DNA of 64,000 bases from an uncultured beta proteobacterium (GCA_963734055.1 CAVTFQ010000005.1:152940-216939); one strand, 5' to 3'; shown: positions 18,042-27,717, counted from the stretch's first letter. A program made the numbers and translations. The notes: generated by a model not told the origin, from the letters alone.

Positions 18042-19103
18042 TCAGGCGGCGAGCCGCTGACCGCTCGCCGCATCGAAGACGTGCGCCCGGGCGAGATCGG
18101 GCGCGAGATGGATCCGATCGCCGGGACGGCAATCGGTGCGGTCCTTGATCGTCGCCGTGACGTCGCGGCCGTTGAAGCGACAGTAGAGCTGCGTGTCCGC
18201 CCCGGTCGGCTCGACGACGACGACCTCGACCGGCAGGCCCGCCTCCCCGAGAGAGCAGTGCTCGGGGCGGATCCCGTAGAGCACCTCGCGGCCCTCGTCC
18301 GCACGCAGACCCGCGGGCAGCGGCAGCACGGCCGCCGCGCCGAATTCGACGCGTCCGTCGCGCACGACGATGCCCGGCAGGATGTTCATCGCGGGGGAGC
18401 CGATGAAGCCCGCAACGAATGTGTTCGCCGGTCGGTCGTACAGCCCGAGAGGATCGCCCGACTGCTCGACGATGCCGTCGCGCATCACGACGATCCGGTC
18501 GGCCATCGTCATCGCCTCGATCTGATCGTGCGTCACGTAGATCGACGTCGTCCTGAGCCGCTGGTGGAGCTCCTTGATCTCGGTGCGCATCTGCACGCGG
18601 AGCTTCGCGTCCAGGTTCGACAGCGGTTCGTCGAACAGGAATACCTGGGGGTCGCGGACGATCGCGCGCCCCATCGCGACCCGCTGCCGCTGGCCGCCCG
18701 AGAGCTGCCGCGGATAGCGGTCGAGATACGGCGCGAGCCCGAGGATGTCGGCTGCCTTCGAAAGGCGCGCTTCGACCTCCGCCCTCGGCATCTTGGCCAA
18801 CGTCAGCGCGAACGACATGTTGGCGCGCACCGTCATGTGCGGATAGAGAGCGTAGTTCTGGAACACCATCGCGATGTCGCGCTCCTTCGGCGGGACGCGA
18901 TTCACCACCTTCGACCCGATCGCGATCTCCCCCTCGGAGATCTCCTCGAGCCCGGCGATCATCCGCAAGAGCGTCGACTTGCCGCAACCGGATGGGCCGA
19001 CGAGCACGCAGAACTCCTGGTCGGCGATGGCGATGTCGACGCCCCGGATCACGTGCGTCGAACCGAAGTGCTTGTGCACTGCACGGATGGTCACCGCGGC
19101 CAT
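18042..19103 (-). CDS. ABC transporter ATP-binding protein (MalK/UgpC-like)
   Basis: Walker A GPSGCGKST, signature LSGGQRQRVAMGRA, Walker B FLFDEPLSNLD, and a C-terminal TOBE-like domain. Confidence 0.9.
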   Translation of the reverse strand: MAAVTIRAVHKHFGSTHVIRGVDIAIADQEFCVLVGPSGCGKSTLLRMIAGLEEISEGEIAIGSKVVNRVPPKERDIAMVFQNYALYPHMTVRANMSFALTLAKMPRAEVEARLSKAADILGLAPYLDRYPRQLSGGQRQRVAMGRAIVRDPQVFLFDEPLSNLDAKLRVQMRTEIKELHQRLRTTSIYVTHDQIEAMTMADRIVVMRDGIVEQSGDPLGLYDRPANTFVAGFIGSPAMNILPGIVVRDGRVEFGAAAVLPLPAGLRADEGREVLYGIRPEHCSLGEAGLPVEVVVVEPTGADTQLYCRFNGRDVTATIKDRTDCRPGDRIHLAPDLARAHVFDAASGQRLAA

Positions 19104-19182
19104 GGCCTTTGGCTCCCGCTAGGCGTCAATCGCCAACACTTTGTATCCACGACGAATGCGCCGGTCGCGTGCATTCTTCGTC

Positions 19183-19265
19183 GTCCCCGCGGACGCGGGG
19201 ACCCCGCGACGTGGACTGTTGCCTGCAATGACCCAAAGTCGCTGGATTCCCGCGTTCGCGGGAAT
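19183..19265. repeat. pair of GC-rich REP-like hairpins
   Basis: GTCCCCGCG-GA-CGCGGGGAC (19183-19202, overlapping a second dyad CGCGGGG-A-CCCCGCG) and ATTCCCGCG-TT-CGCGGGAAT (19246-19265), in a convergent-free intergenic gap. Confidence 0.6.
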
Positions 19266-19318
19266 GACGACTGCACAGGATTCATCCATCATGGAAACAA
19301 CGTCTTGAATGTCCGCAG

Positions 19319-20284
19319 CTAGGGCTTTCGCGTGCCGGCGACGACGACGTAGTCGGGACGGCCCGTCTTCAGCCAGGTGACGATATTCTGCGCCGCCTTG
19401 CGCCTGAGCTCGCGCTCCGCCTCGACCGAATAGAACGCCGCGTGCGGCGTCAGGATCACGCGCGGATGCCCGAGCAGGCGAGAACCCTCCGGCACGGGCT
19501 CGACCGGCAGCACGTCGAGCGCGAGGCCCGCGAGCGTGCCGCGCTCGAGCGCCGCGAGAGCGGCGTCGACGTCGACCACGGCGCCACGCGCCGTGTTCAC
19601 GAGATAGCCGCCGGGCTTCATCCCGGCGAGGACCCCGGCGTCGATCATCCCGCGCGTCTCGGCGGTCAGCGGCACGTGGAGCGAGACGACGTCGCTTCGC
19701 GCGAAAACCTCGGCCAGCGTGCCGCGCGCGACGTACGCCGGAAAATCGCCGTCGATGATGTACGGGTCGCAGGCGATCACGCGCCCGAACACGTTGCGCG
19801 CCACGTGCGCCATCCGCTTGCCGATCCGCCCCAGCCCGACGATGCCGAGCGTCATGTCGGCGGCCCGGCGGAGCTCCCCCGAGGACAGGTAGTGCCAGCG
19901 CCCGGCGTGGATATCGCGGTGGTACGCGACGACGTTGCGCACGAGAGCGAGCGCGAGCGCCAGCGCGTGCGTCGCCACTTCGCCGACGCCGTAGTCGGGC
20001 GAGTTGGCGACCCACACGCCGTGCCGCGCGCAGGCATCGGTGTCCACCGTGTCGAAGCCCGCGCCGATCCGGCTCACGATGCCGAGCGAGGGCAGCGAGG
20101 CGACGACGCGCTCGGAAATCGGCGCGTACTGGAGCAGGATCGCCGCGCAGTCGCGCGCGGCCGCGATGACGTCGTCCTCGGTCCGGCACTGCGCCGTCGC
20201 GAGCTCCGCGCCGGCGGTCGCGAAGACCGCCCGCTCGAGCTCGAGGTCGGGGAACTCGTAGTCGGAGAACAGGACTCGGGACAT
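19319..20284 (-). CDS. D-isomer-specific 2-hydroxyacid dehydrogenase family protein (CtBP-like)
   Basis: 321 aa with NAD motif GIVGLGRIGKRMA and catalytic-region motifs LVNTARG and ILTPHAAF. Start is at ATG 20284. Confidence 0.8.
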   Translation of the reverse strand: MSRVLFSDYEFPDLELERAVFATAGAELATAQCRTEDDVIAAARDCAAILLQYAPISERVVASLPSLGIVSRIGAGFDTVDTDACARHGVWVANSPDYGVGEVATHALALALALVRNVVAYHRDIHAGRWHYLSSGELRRAADMTLGIVGLGRIGKRMAHVARNVFGRVIACDPYIIDGDFPAYVARGTLAEVFARSDVVSLHVPLTAETRGMIDAGVLAGMKPGGYLVNTARGAVVDVDAALAALERGTLAGLALDVLPVEPVPEGSRLLGHPRVILTPHAAFYSVEAERELRRKAAQNIVTWLKTGRPDYVVVAGTRKP

Positions 20285-20433
20285 GAAGCGGGACCGCGGA
20301 GCCTTCGGACTTCGCGCCGCGCAAAGGTACGTGCCGCGCGGGAATTGGTCAAGCGGCCTGACCGGTTGGGGCGCCCGGCTCGCGACAGCGGCTATAATCG
20401 GCCGCCGCGACGCGCCCGCTTCTCCTTCCTTCG

Positions 20434-21468
20434 ATGACCCCTCTCCTCCCCACGACCGTCGCCGGCAGTCTGCCCAAGCCGTCCTGGCTCGCCGAGCCCG
20501 GCGTGCTCTGGGCGCCATGGCGGCTCGAGGGCGACGCCCTGATCGAGGCGCAGCGCGACGCGGTCCGGCTCGTCGTCCGCGACCAGGAGCGCGCGGGCAT
20601 CGACATCGTCTCCGACGGCGAGCAGACGCGGCGCCACTTCGTCACGTCGTTCATCGAGGGGCTCGACGGCGTCGACTTTCAGCACAAGCGGACCGTCCGA
20701 ATCCGCAATCGCTACGACGCCGCCGTCCCGGTGGTGACGGGTCCGGTTGCCCGCCGGCGCCCGGTGTTCGTCGACTCGGCCGCGTTTCTCCGGTCGACGA
20801 CGTCGCACCGGGTGAAATTCACGCTGCCCGGGCCGATGACGATGGTGGACACGCTCTTCGACGCCCACTACCGCAGCCGCGAGAAGCTCGCGTGGGCCTT
20901 CGCCGAGATCCTGAACGACGAGGCGCGCGCGATCGCCGACGCGGGCGTCGAGGTGATCCAGTTCGACGAGCCCGCGTTCAACGTGTATTTCGACGAAGTC
21001 CGCGACTGGGGAATCGCGGCGCTCGAGCGCGCGGCGCGCGGGCTCCGCTGCACGACTGCGGTCCACATCTGCTACGGCTACGGGATCAAGGCGAACGTCG
21101 AGTGGAAGAAGACGCTTGGCTCCGAGTGGCGGCAGTACGAGCAGACGTTCCCCCTCCTCGCCCGCTCGGCGATCGGGCAGGTCTCGCTCGAGTGCGCGAA
21201 TTCGCGCGTGCCGATCGACCTCCTCGGCCTGCTCGAGGGGAAGGACGTCCTCGTCGGCGCCATCGACGTGGCCACGGATCGGGTCGAGACACCCGAAGAG
21301 GTAGCCGCGACGATCCGGTCGGCGCTCCGCCACGTTCCCGCCGCCCGGCTCCATCCGTGCACCAATTGCGGGATGGTGCCGCTCTCCCGCGACGTCGCCC
21401 GGGCCAAGCTCGAAGCGCTCGGCGCCGGCGCCCTGCGGGTCCGGACGGAGCTCGCGACGGCCACCTGA
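20434..21468 (+). CDS. cobalamin-independent methionine synthase-like (MetE C-terminal-domain family) methyltransferase
   Basis: 344 aa; TTVAGSLPKPSWL, DGEQTRRHF, and Zn-ligand regions HICYGY and PCTNCGM. Confidence 0.75.
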   Translation: MTPLLPTTVAGSLPKPSWLAEPGVLWAPWRLEGDALIEAQRDAVRLVVRDQERAGIDIVSDGEQTRRHFVTSFIEGLDGVDFQHKRTVRIRNRYDAAVPVVTGPVARRRPVFVDSAAFLRSTTSHRVKFTLPGPMTMVDTLFDAHYRSREKLAWAFAEILNDEARAIADAGVEVIQFDEPAFNVYFDEVRDWGIAALERAARGLRCTTAVHICYGYGIKANVEWKKTLGSEWRQYEQTFPLLARSAIGQVSLECANSRVPIDLLGLLEGKDVLVGAIDVATDRVETPEEVAATIRSALRHVPAARLHPCTNCGMVPLSRDVARAKLEALGAGALRVRTELATAT

Positions 21469-21694
21469 CCCCGGCCGGCCGGCCGGACTGGCCCCGGGAG
21501 CCCCCAGCCCGCCCTGCCACAATCCGCTGGCGCTCGCGCCGATTCCCCTGTATCCTCCCGCCCGTGTTTTAGTTTCAAGGCAGCACGTCCGCTCACGCGA
21601 CCGCGTTGCAGCCGTTGCCGTACTTCCCTTGAGATCGAAACATGGGCCGGGACACCGACCCGACAACTATTCTTTTTCTTGAGGAATTGCAGAA

Positions 21695-21898
21695 ATGGCA
21701 ACTGGAACGGTCAAGTGGTTCAACGACGCCAAGGGTTTCGGCTTCATTACGCCTGACGGCGGTGGGGAAGACCTGTTTGCGCACTTCTCGGCGATCAACA
21801 TGCCGGGGTTCAAGACGCTGAAGGAAGGCCAGAAGGTCAGCTTCGAAGTGACGCAGGGCCCGAAGGGGAAGCAGGCGAGCAACATCCAGTCGGTATAG
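21695..21898 (+). CDS. cspA: cold-shock protein (CspA family)
   Basis: 67 aa, [31 protein letters not shown], with RNP1/RNP2 motifs. Confidence 0.9.
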   Translation: MATGTVKWFNDAKGFGFITPDGGGEDLFAHFSAINMPGFKTLKEGQKVSFEVTQGPKGKQASNIQSV

Positions 21899-21932
21899 CA
21901 ACGCAGTCCGCGGCGCTGCCGCGTAAAGAAAA

Positions 21933-21957
21933 GGCCGGGCGATGCCCGGCCTTTTTT
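21933..21957 (+). terminator. rho-independent terminator, probably bidirectional
   Basis: Stem GGCCGGGC / GCCCGGCC with loop GAT, followed by TTTTTT and preceded by AAAGAAAA. Lies between convergent cspA and the PEP-CTERM gene. Confidence 0.8.
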
Positions 21958-21973
21958 GCTTGGTGGCGCAGCC

Positions 21974-22666
21974 TTACGTTCGCTGCGTCCGTTCCCCCTT
22001 GCGCCGCGAGCCGCGAGCCCAGGCTGCCGCCGCAATCCCGAGCAGGGCGAGCGACGCCGGCTCCGGCACGGATCGGTGCACTGGTGGCGACGAAGTCCAC
22101 ACCATCCCGGTGCTTCCCGCGCAGCCGGGGCCGTCCGCCTTCGGGAACTTGTCGCAGACGTCCGCCGCGAAGTAGTTGCCGTTCGAAGCGGCGGTCGCGA
22201 TGAAGCTCGCCTCGGTGAGCCCGGCCGTCGTGATGACGAATTCCAGCGGACCCGCGTACGGCGCGCTGCCCCCCGTTCCGCACGCGGTGTCGCACTTGAT
22301 CCCGTATTGCCAGCTGCCCGAGCCGTCGGCGTGAATCGGAGGCGCGGTCGGATCGACGATGAAGCCGGCGGTGATGAACGTCACCGCCAGCGCCGGATTC
22401 CCGGCCAGGTTGAACATCAGCGCGTCGAAGCTGTTGGCCGGGTTCGATGCCGTCTTCACGAATCCGACGCCCGCCGCCAGATTCACCAGGACGTCGATGC
22501 CCGACCCGGTGTCGGTCAGCGTGACCGTTCCGAACGGACCGGTTCCGCAGCATCCCGAGTTGTCGAGCGTGAAGATCGTGGTAGCCGAAGCGGACGTGCC
22601 GGCGAGGCACGCCGCGCCGAATATCGCCACGGTCAAGGTTCTGCGAATCGTTCTCAGCATTGCCAT
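21974..22666 (-). CDS. PEP-CTERM sorting-domain secreted protein
   Basis: Signal peptide, then a C-terminal VPEPASLALLGIAAAAWARGSRRK (PEP motif + TM + basic tail). Confidence 0.8.
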   Translation of the reverse strand: MAMLRTIRRTLTVAIFGAACLAGTSASATTIFTLDNSGCCGTGPFGTVTLTDTGSGIDVLVNLAAGVGFVKTASNPANSFDALMFNLAGNPALAVTFITAGFIVDPTAPPIHADGSGSWQYGIKCDTACGTGGSAPYAGPLEFVITTAGLTEASFIATAASNGNYFAADVCDKFPKADGPGCAGSTGMVWTSSPPVHRSVPEPASLALLGIAAAAWARGSRRKGERTQRT

Positions 22667-22988
22667 GAGTTCTCGTCTACAAGTCGTTGTGGGGAGTTCG
22701 TCGTCCTCTATAGAGCAATATCCCGGCCATAAGCTCTATGCCGTTGTCATGGAAGGGAAGTCTCGCCGGATGGAACTCCCGAGAGGTCGCGACTGTAAGC
22801 GCGCTCGACAATGGCTCCGGCGGCTGTGCGCGACAGGCCGCGGTCGACAACGTGTCGCGACTCAGCGTCGGTAGCGGTAAGCGCCGGTGGCGCATGCGAT
22901 GCGTTGCGACATCGAGCAACTCCGCACGAGTGACGAAGGAGCGCGGATGAGAATCGGCGTCGCCGACGCAATGAATCGCTTGGGTTGG

Positions 22989-23317
22989 CTAGCGGGGATT
23001 CTCGGCGCGGAGCTTGCCCATCAGCATGAAGCCGCCGAGCGCGATCGTCTGCTTCGGATTCTGGCGGCAGTAATCGTCCATCCCCGGAAAAGCGCAGCGT
23101 CGTCCATCATCTTCGGGAAGTCGACGTCCGCTTCCTGAGCGAGGCCGGACAGGTATCCGAGCAGCCATGCTTCGGCAATCTTCGCGTCGCGCGGACGCTG
23201 CTTGGACCAGGTTTCGCAGCTCACCGCCCCCCGCGAGGCGACGAGATGGGCATCGGCAAGAGAAGCCATCGGGAGAAGTCCCGCGAGCAACGCGGTCGAC
23301 ACGATCGATCGGGTCAT
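22989..23317 (-). pseudogene. small secreted protein apparently interrupted by a frameshift
   Basis: Frame 1 (23021-23317) gives a signal peptide plus ...CETWSKQRPRDAKIAEAWLLGYLSGLAQEADVDFPKMMDDAALFRG. A second frame continues plausibly as MDDYCRQNPKQTIALGGFMLMGKLRAENPR to the stop at 22989. The switch occurs at the C4/G4 run at 23082-23085. Confidence 0.45.
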
Positions 23318-23464
23318 CCTCACTTTCCTCCGATGCTGCGCCGGAGCACCCCGACGGGTCGGACTTCCGGCACGGCTGCCACTCTAGCAAATTGCGGCGG
23401 CCGGGCTCCATGTGAATTGATGGGCGCAACGGCAGCATTCGTCGACCTGGACTAGAATTCCACC

Positions 23465-24949
23465 ATGAAAACGACTGCGATGGCCTTACCGCGCGCTGCG
23501 CTGCCGCTCCTGCTCGTGTGCGTCTTCGCGCTCGGCGCCTGCGCGACGCGCCCGGTGAATCCGCGAATCGACCATTTCGAGCCGGGCGAGCCGTACGCCG
23601 TCCAGCGCTCCGCCCAAACCGCGGCGCAGGGCGATAACCTCGTCATCCTCGCCTTCTCGGGCGGCGGCACCCGTGCCGCGGCGTTCTCCTACGGGGTGCT
23701 GGAGGCGCTGCGCAACACCGACGCCGTCAAGCCGGACGGGCAGCGGGTCCGGCTGCTCGACCAGGTCGACGTCATCACCGGCATCTCCGGCGGCAGCTTC
23801 ACGGCGCTCGCGTACGGCCTTTACGGCGAGAAGCTCTTCGACGAGTACGAAAAGCGCTTTCTCAAGCGCAACGTGCAGGGCGAGCTCGTCAGCCGGACGC
23901 TGAACCCCGCGAATTGGGGCGCGCTGTCGTCGACCGGTTGGGGTCGCTCCGAGCTTGCCGCGAACCTCTACGACGAGATCCTGTTCAACGGCGCGACGTT
24001 CTCGGACCTCGCGCGTCCCGGGGCGCCGTTGATCGTGGTCGGCGCCACCGATCTCTCGACCGGCGCGCGCCTCATGTTCAACCGCCAGAACTTCGACGTC
24101 CTGTGCTCCGACCTCGGGTCGTTCCGGCTGGCGCGAGCCGCGGCGGCGTCGTCCGCGGTGCCGGTGGTGCTCTCGCCCTTGACGATCAACAACTACGGCG
24201 GAACGTGCGGTTTCGAGGAACCCTCCTGGGTCGCGAAGTACTTCGACGTACCCGACCCGCCGCGCCCTGCCGCGCGCACGATCACGCGCCTGAAGGAGCT
24301 CCGCGAATTTGCCGAAAGCAAGGACCAGCCCTATCTGCACCTGGTCGATGGCGGCATCTCCGACAACCTCGGCTTGCGCAGCGTGATCGACGTCGTCGTG
24401 ACGTTCGAGGCGCTGCACGAGGCCGGCCAGCCGACGCCGCTCGACCGCGTGCGGCACATCATCGTCATCGTCGTCAATTCGCTCTCCATACCCGCCACCG
24501 ACTGGGACAGACGGGAGGACGCACCCGGCACCCTCCAGGTTCTGGTCAAGGCGGCCGGCGTACCGATCGACCGGTATTCGGGCGAGTCGGTCGAGCTCCT
24601 GAAGGACATCTCGACGCGCTGGCGCGTGCTGCGCGAGATGCGCGACTCGGTCGTGTTCGTGAAACCCGGGGGCGAGGCCGCCAGGTACGTGAACAACGCG
24701 CCCAATGCCGACATTTATCCGATCGACGTGTCCTTCCCCGCGCTCAAGGACCCGGCCGAGCGCGAGTACCTGAACCAGCTCCCGACGTCGTTCGTGCTGC
24801 CCGACGAGGCCGTCGATCGCCTGCGCGCCGCGGCGGCGAAGATCATCGCCGAATCGCCGGAATTGAATCGCCTGGCGCGCGACGCCGGCATACGCTTCGT
24901 TCCGCACTCCGGCGCGAGCGCGCCAACGGAGACTTCGCCCGCGAAGTAG
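23465..24949 (+). CDS. patatin-like phospholipase, lipoprotein
   Basis: Lipobox FALGAC, oxyanion AFSGGGTRAAAF, nucleophile GISGGS, and Asp dyad HLVDGGISDNLG. Confidence 0.8.
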   Translation: MKTTAMALPRAALPLLLVCVFALGACATRPVNPRIDHFEPGEPYAVQRSAQTAAQGDNLVILAFSGGGTRAAAFSYGVLEALRNTDAVKPDGQRVRLLDQVDVITGISGGSFTALAYGLYGEKLFDEYEKRFLKRNVQGELVSRTLNPANWGALSSTGWGRSELAANLYDEILFNGATFSDLARPGAPLIVVGATDLSTGARLMFNRQNFDVLCSDLGSFRLARAAAASSAVPVVLSPLTINNYGGTCGFEEPSWVAKYFDVPDPPRPAARTITRLKELREFAESKDQPYLHLVDGGISDNLGLRSVIDVVVTFEALHEAGQPTPLDRVRHIIVIVVNSLSIPATDWDRREDAPGTLQVLVKAAGVPIDRYSGESVELLKDISTRWRVLREMRDSVVFVKPGGEAARYVNNAPNADIYPIDVSFPALKDPAEREYLNQLPTSFVLPDEAVDRLRAAAAKIIAESPELNRLARDAGIRFVPHSGASAPTETSPAK

Positions 24950-24964
24950 TCGGTACGGCCGCGG

Positions 24965-25060
24965 CTAACGGCCCGGCGGCGCTTCCGGCCCGACGCCCCA
25001 CGGGGGCGGCGCGATCGTGACGATCCGCGTGAAGAGCTCGCGGAAAGCCTTGCTCGCGGG
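24965..25060 (-). pseudogene. duplicated 3'-terminal fragment of the hemerythrin-like gene (direct repeat of 28816-28911)
   Basis: Encodes ...ASKAFRELFTRIVTIAPPPWGVGPEAPPGR*. Positions 24975-25060 match 28826-28911 at 83/86 nt, and the stop codons align. Confidence 0.7.
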
Positions 25061-25190
25061 AGACAGGACTCCACGGCGCGCAGGAATACGTGCAGAGCAG
25101 CACTCTGAAGTGCGGCGTCGCATTACACTCTGGCCGCAACTGCACGTCTCGCGTTCGGCGCCGCCAACACGCGGACTGATGGAGTCGAAG

Positions 25191-27434
25191 ATGCCGCATC
25201 CATGCACCACGAACCCGCGACGCAGCCTGATTGTGGCGCTATCGCTCGCCTTGTTCGCGAGTTCCAGCCACGCCACCGCTGCCGACGCCCCACCCACTCG
25301 GGCGCCCGGTGCGCCGCCACGCATCGCAGTCGCTCTCTCCGGCGGCGGCGCGCGCGGGATCGCGCACGTCGGTGTACTCAAGGTGCTGGACGAAATGCGC
25401 ATTCCGATCAGTTGCATCACGGGTACCAGCATGGGCTCGATCGTCAGCGGCGCCTTTGCCGTCGGAACATCACCCGCCGAGATCGAGAAGATGGTGCTCG
25501 CCACCAACTGGGATGAAATCTTCCGCGACAATCCTCCTCGGGCAGAAATCGCGACACGCCGCAAGCTCGACGACTACAAGACCTTGTTCGCGCCGGAGTT
25601 CGGGTTGAAGGACGGCGGCCTGGCGCTGCCGAAGGGGATCATTGCAGGGGTCTCGATCGAGGCGTTCCTGCGGGTCGTCGCGGAGCCGGCGAGCGGCATT
25701 CAGGATTTCGACAAGCTGCCGGTCCCGTATCGGGCGGTAGCCACCGACATCGAGACCGGCGAAGCGGTCGTGCTGAGCCACGGCAACGTCGCCGAAGCGA
25801 TGCGCGCCAGCATGTCCGTGCCGGGCGCGATTAGTCCGGTGTCGATGGACGGCCGTCTGCTGGTCGACGGCATGATCGCCAACAACCTGCCGATCGACCA
25901 GGCGCGCAAGCTCTGCGGCGACGTGGTGATCGCCGTCAACATCGGAACGCCCCCGCTGAAGCGCGACGAGATCACGTCCGCGCTCGCCGTGGTCAGCCAA
26001 ATGATGGCCTTCCTTGGCAAGCAGACGGTCGACGAGCAGCTGAAGAGCCTCGGACCGAACGACGTGCTGATCGCGCCCGACCTCGGCGACATCTCGGTCG
26101 CCAAGTACGACCGCGCCAAGGACGCGATCCGCATCGGCGAGGAGGCCACACGGAAGATGGCGGCGTCGCTGTCGCGCTACAGCATCCCGCCCGAGCAGTA
26201 CGCGGCGGTCCGCGCGAAACAGGTCCATGGGAAGGTCGCGCTGGGAACGGTGGACGAAATCCGCTTCGAGGGTTTGAAGCGCACCAATCCCGCGGTGCTG
26301 AGCGGGCTCGTCGAGACGAAGCCCGGCGAGCCCATCGATCAGGAGAAGCTCGGCGCCGACCTGCGCCGCATCTACGGCCGCGGCGACTTCGAGGGCGTCG
26401 ATGCCCAGGTTATCGGGTCGGCCGGCGGGCCGCGCGCGATGGTGATCACCCCCCACGAGAAGGAATGGGGGCCCGATTACCTGCGCTTCGGCCTTGGACT
26501 GGAAAGCGATTTCCAGGGTGACAACGCGTTTAACCTGCTGGTGCAGTACCGCAAGACGTGGCTCAACCGGCTGGGCGGGGAGTGGCTGTCCGAGGCGCAG
26601 ATCGGGCAGGATACCCATCTCTACAGCGAGTTCTACCAGCCGTTGAACGAACGGGGCGTCTGGTACGGGTCGGCGTACGGCCAGGTCGGACAGACGACGC
26701 GCGGCGTGTTCCAGGGCGACGACAAGATCGCCGAGTATCTGATCGGTAGCGCGCGCGGGGGCGTCGACCTCGGCATGACGCTCGGCACGCTCGGCGTCTT
26801 CCGCGTCGGCCCGCAGTGGACGCAGGTTCACGCTCGCGTCGATACCGGTGATCCGGTGCTGCCGTCGGTGCGCGAGCTCACCGCAGGCGTTCGCGTCGCA
26901 TTCAACTTGGACGCACTCGATCACGCCTGGTTTGCTCAAAACGGCTACAACGCGTTCGTCACGTACTACGGCGCGACGAAGGACCTGGGTTCGGCGCTCA
27001 ACTACCAACGCTTCGAAGGCCGGGGTCAATACGCGATGTCGTGGGGCGCGCACACGGTGAATCTGGTCGCGATGGGGGGAACTGATTTTGGCACCAACAT
27101 GCCGGCCTACGAGACGTTCGCGCTCGGCGGTCCCCTGCGGCTGTCGGGCTTTAGGCTGAATCAGTTCTCCGGCCGCGAATATGTGTTCGGTCGCGCGATG
27201 TACTACAACCGCATACTGCCGCTACCGGAAATCCTGGGCGCCGGCGTGTTCGCGGGGGCGTCCGCCGAGGTCGGCAACATCCGGAATCGCGCCGACGGAT
27301 TGCCATCACCGGGCACGCAATACTCGGGATCGTTGTTCCTCGGCGCGAACACCGTCGCGGGCCCCGGGTATCTCGGCGTCGGGTTCGGGAATAACGGCGC
27401 ATTCAGCGTGTATCTGCTCCTCGGCGCGCCGTAG
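25191..27434 (+). CDS. PlpD-like patatin phospholipase with POTRA and Omp85-type beta-barrel (type Vd secretion architecture)
   Basis: Signal peptide ...SSSHATA; patatin motifs LSGGGARG, GTSMGS and LVDGMIANNLP; POTRA-like VDEIRFEGLKRTNPAVL...IYGRGDFEGVDAQV. The C-terminal barrel ends ...AFSVYLLLGAP. GGAG lies 6 nt before ATG 25191, and ATG 25179 is also possible. Confidence 0.8.
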   Translation: MPHPCTTNPRRSLIVALSLALFASSSHATAADAPPTRAPGAPPRIAVALSGGGARGIAHVGVLKVLDEMRIPISCITGTSMGSIVSGAFAVGTSPAEIEKMVLATNWDEIFRDNPPRAEIATRRKLDDYKTLFAPEFGLKDGGLALPKGIIAGVSIEAFLRVVAEPASGIQDFDKLPVPYRAVATDIETGEAVVLSHGNVAEAMRASMSVPGAISPVSMDGRLLVDGMIANNLPIDQARKLCGDVVIAVNIGTPPLKRDEITSALAVVSQMMAFLGKQTVDEQLKSLGPNDVLIAPDLGDISVAKYDRAKDAIRIGEEATRKMAASLSRYSIPPEQYAAVRAKQVHGKVALGTVDEIRFEGLKRTNPAVLSGLVETKPGEPIDQEKLGADLRRIYGRGDFEGVDAQVIGSAGGPRAMVITPHEKEWGPDYLRFGLGLESDFQGDNAFNLLVQYRKTWLNRLGGEWLSEAQIGQDTHLYSEFYQPLNERGVWYGSAYGQVGQTTRGVFQGDDKIAEYLIGSARGGVDLGMTLGTLGVFRVGPQWTQVHARVDTGDPVLPSVRELTAGVRVAFNLDALDHAWFAQNGYNAFVTYYGATKDLGSALNYQRFEGRGQYAMSWGAHTVNLVAMGGTDFGTNMPAYETFALGGPLRLSGFRLNQFSGREYVFGRAMYYNRILPLPEILGAGVFAGASAEVGNIRNRADGLPSPGTQYSGSLFLGANTVAGPGYLGVGFGNNGAFSVYLLLGAP

Positions 27435-27449
27435 ACGAGTGCGCAGCTA

Positions 27450-27717
27450 GGGCCTGTTAACGCTATGGGCGCAAACGCGAACGGGTGGCATGGGGCGCCA
27501 ATCAAGGCGCTCGACGAAGCGCAGACTGGGCGTCTGCGCGAGGAGAGCAACGAAGAGGGGCGGTTCCAGGGCACCCGTTCCCTTCGGGTTGCTGCCGAAA
27601 ACGCCCTTCGCTGCGTTGCGAAGGCTCGCCGGGTGCCCGACCCGCCTACGCCTTCGCGCCTTGCGCTGGGCGTTTTCGGCCGTGCAACGCGTTCGTGTCC
27701 ATAGCGTTAACAGGCCC
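27450..27717. mobile_element. MITE-like element, copy 1 (268 bp)
   Basis: Perfect 19-bp terminal inverted repeats GGGCCTGTTAACGCTATGG, flanked by TA on both sides. The internal ~230 bp is highly similar to the reverse complement of 37137-37403. No coding capacity. Confidence 0.7.

Noticed and set aside
16663-18987. A 774-aa ORF that appears to fuse an ATPase-antisense region to the solute-binding protein. Similar over-extended ORFs are 14740..16407, 32828..34195, 34086..35507, 35889..37028, 37405..38892 and 19319..20518.
   Set aside because: The N-terminal extensions are Arg/Pro-rich and overlap the real upstream genes. Internal ATGs with Shine-Dalgarno sites give proteins of canonical length, so I used the internal starts.
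20285-20433. A possible cobalamin riboswitch upstream of the MetE-like gene.
   Set aside because: I could not find a B12-box-like GCCACTG core or the usual GGGAA / CCGGTG elements. The leader is only ~150 nt. A TATAAT at 20393-20398 may simply be a -10 box. A covariance-model search would be needed to be sure.
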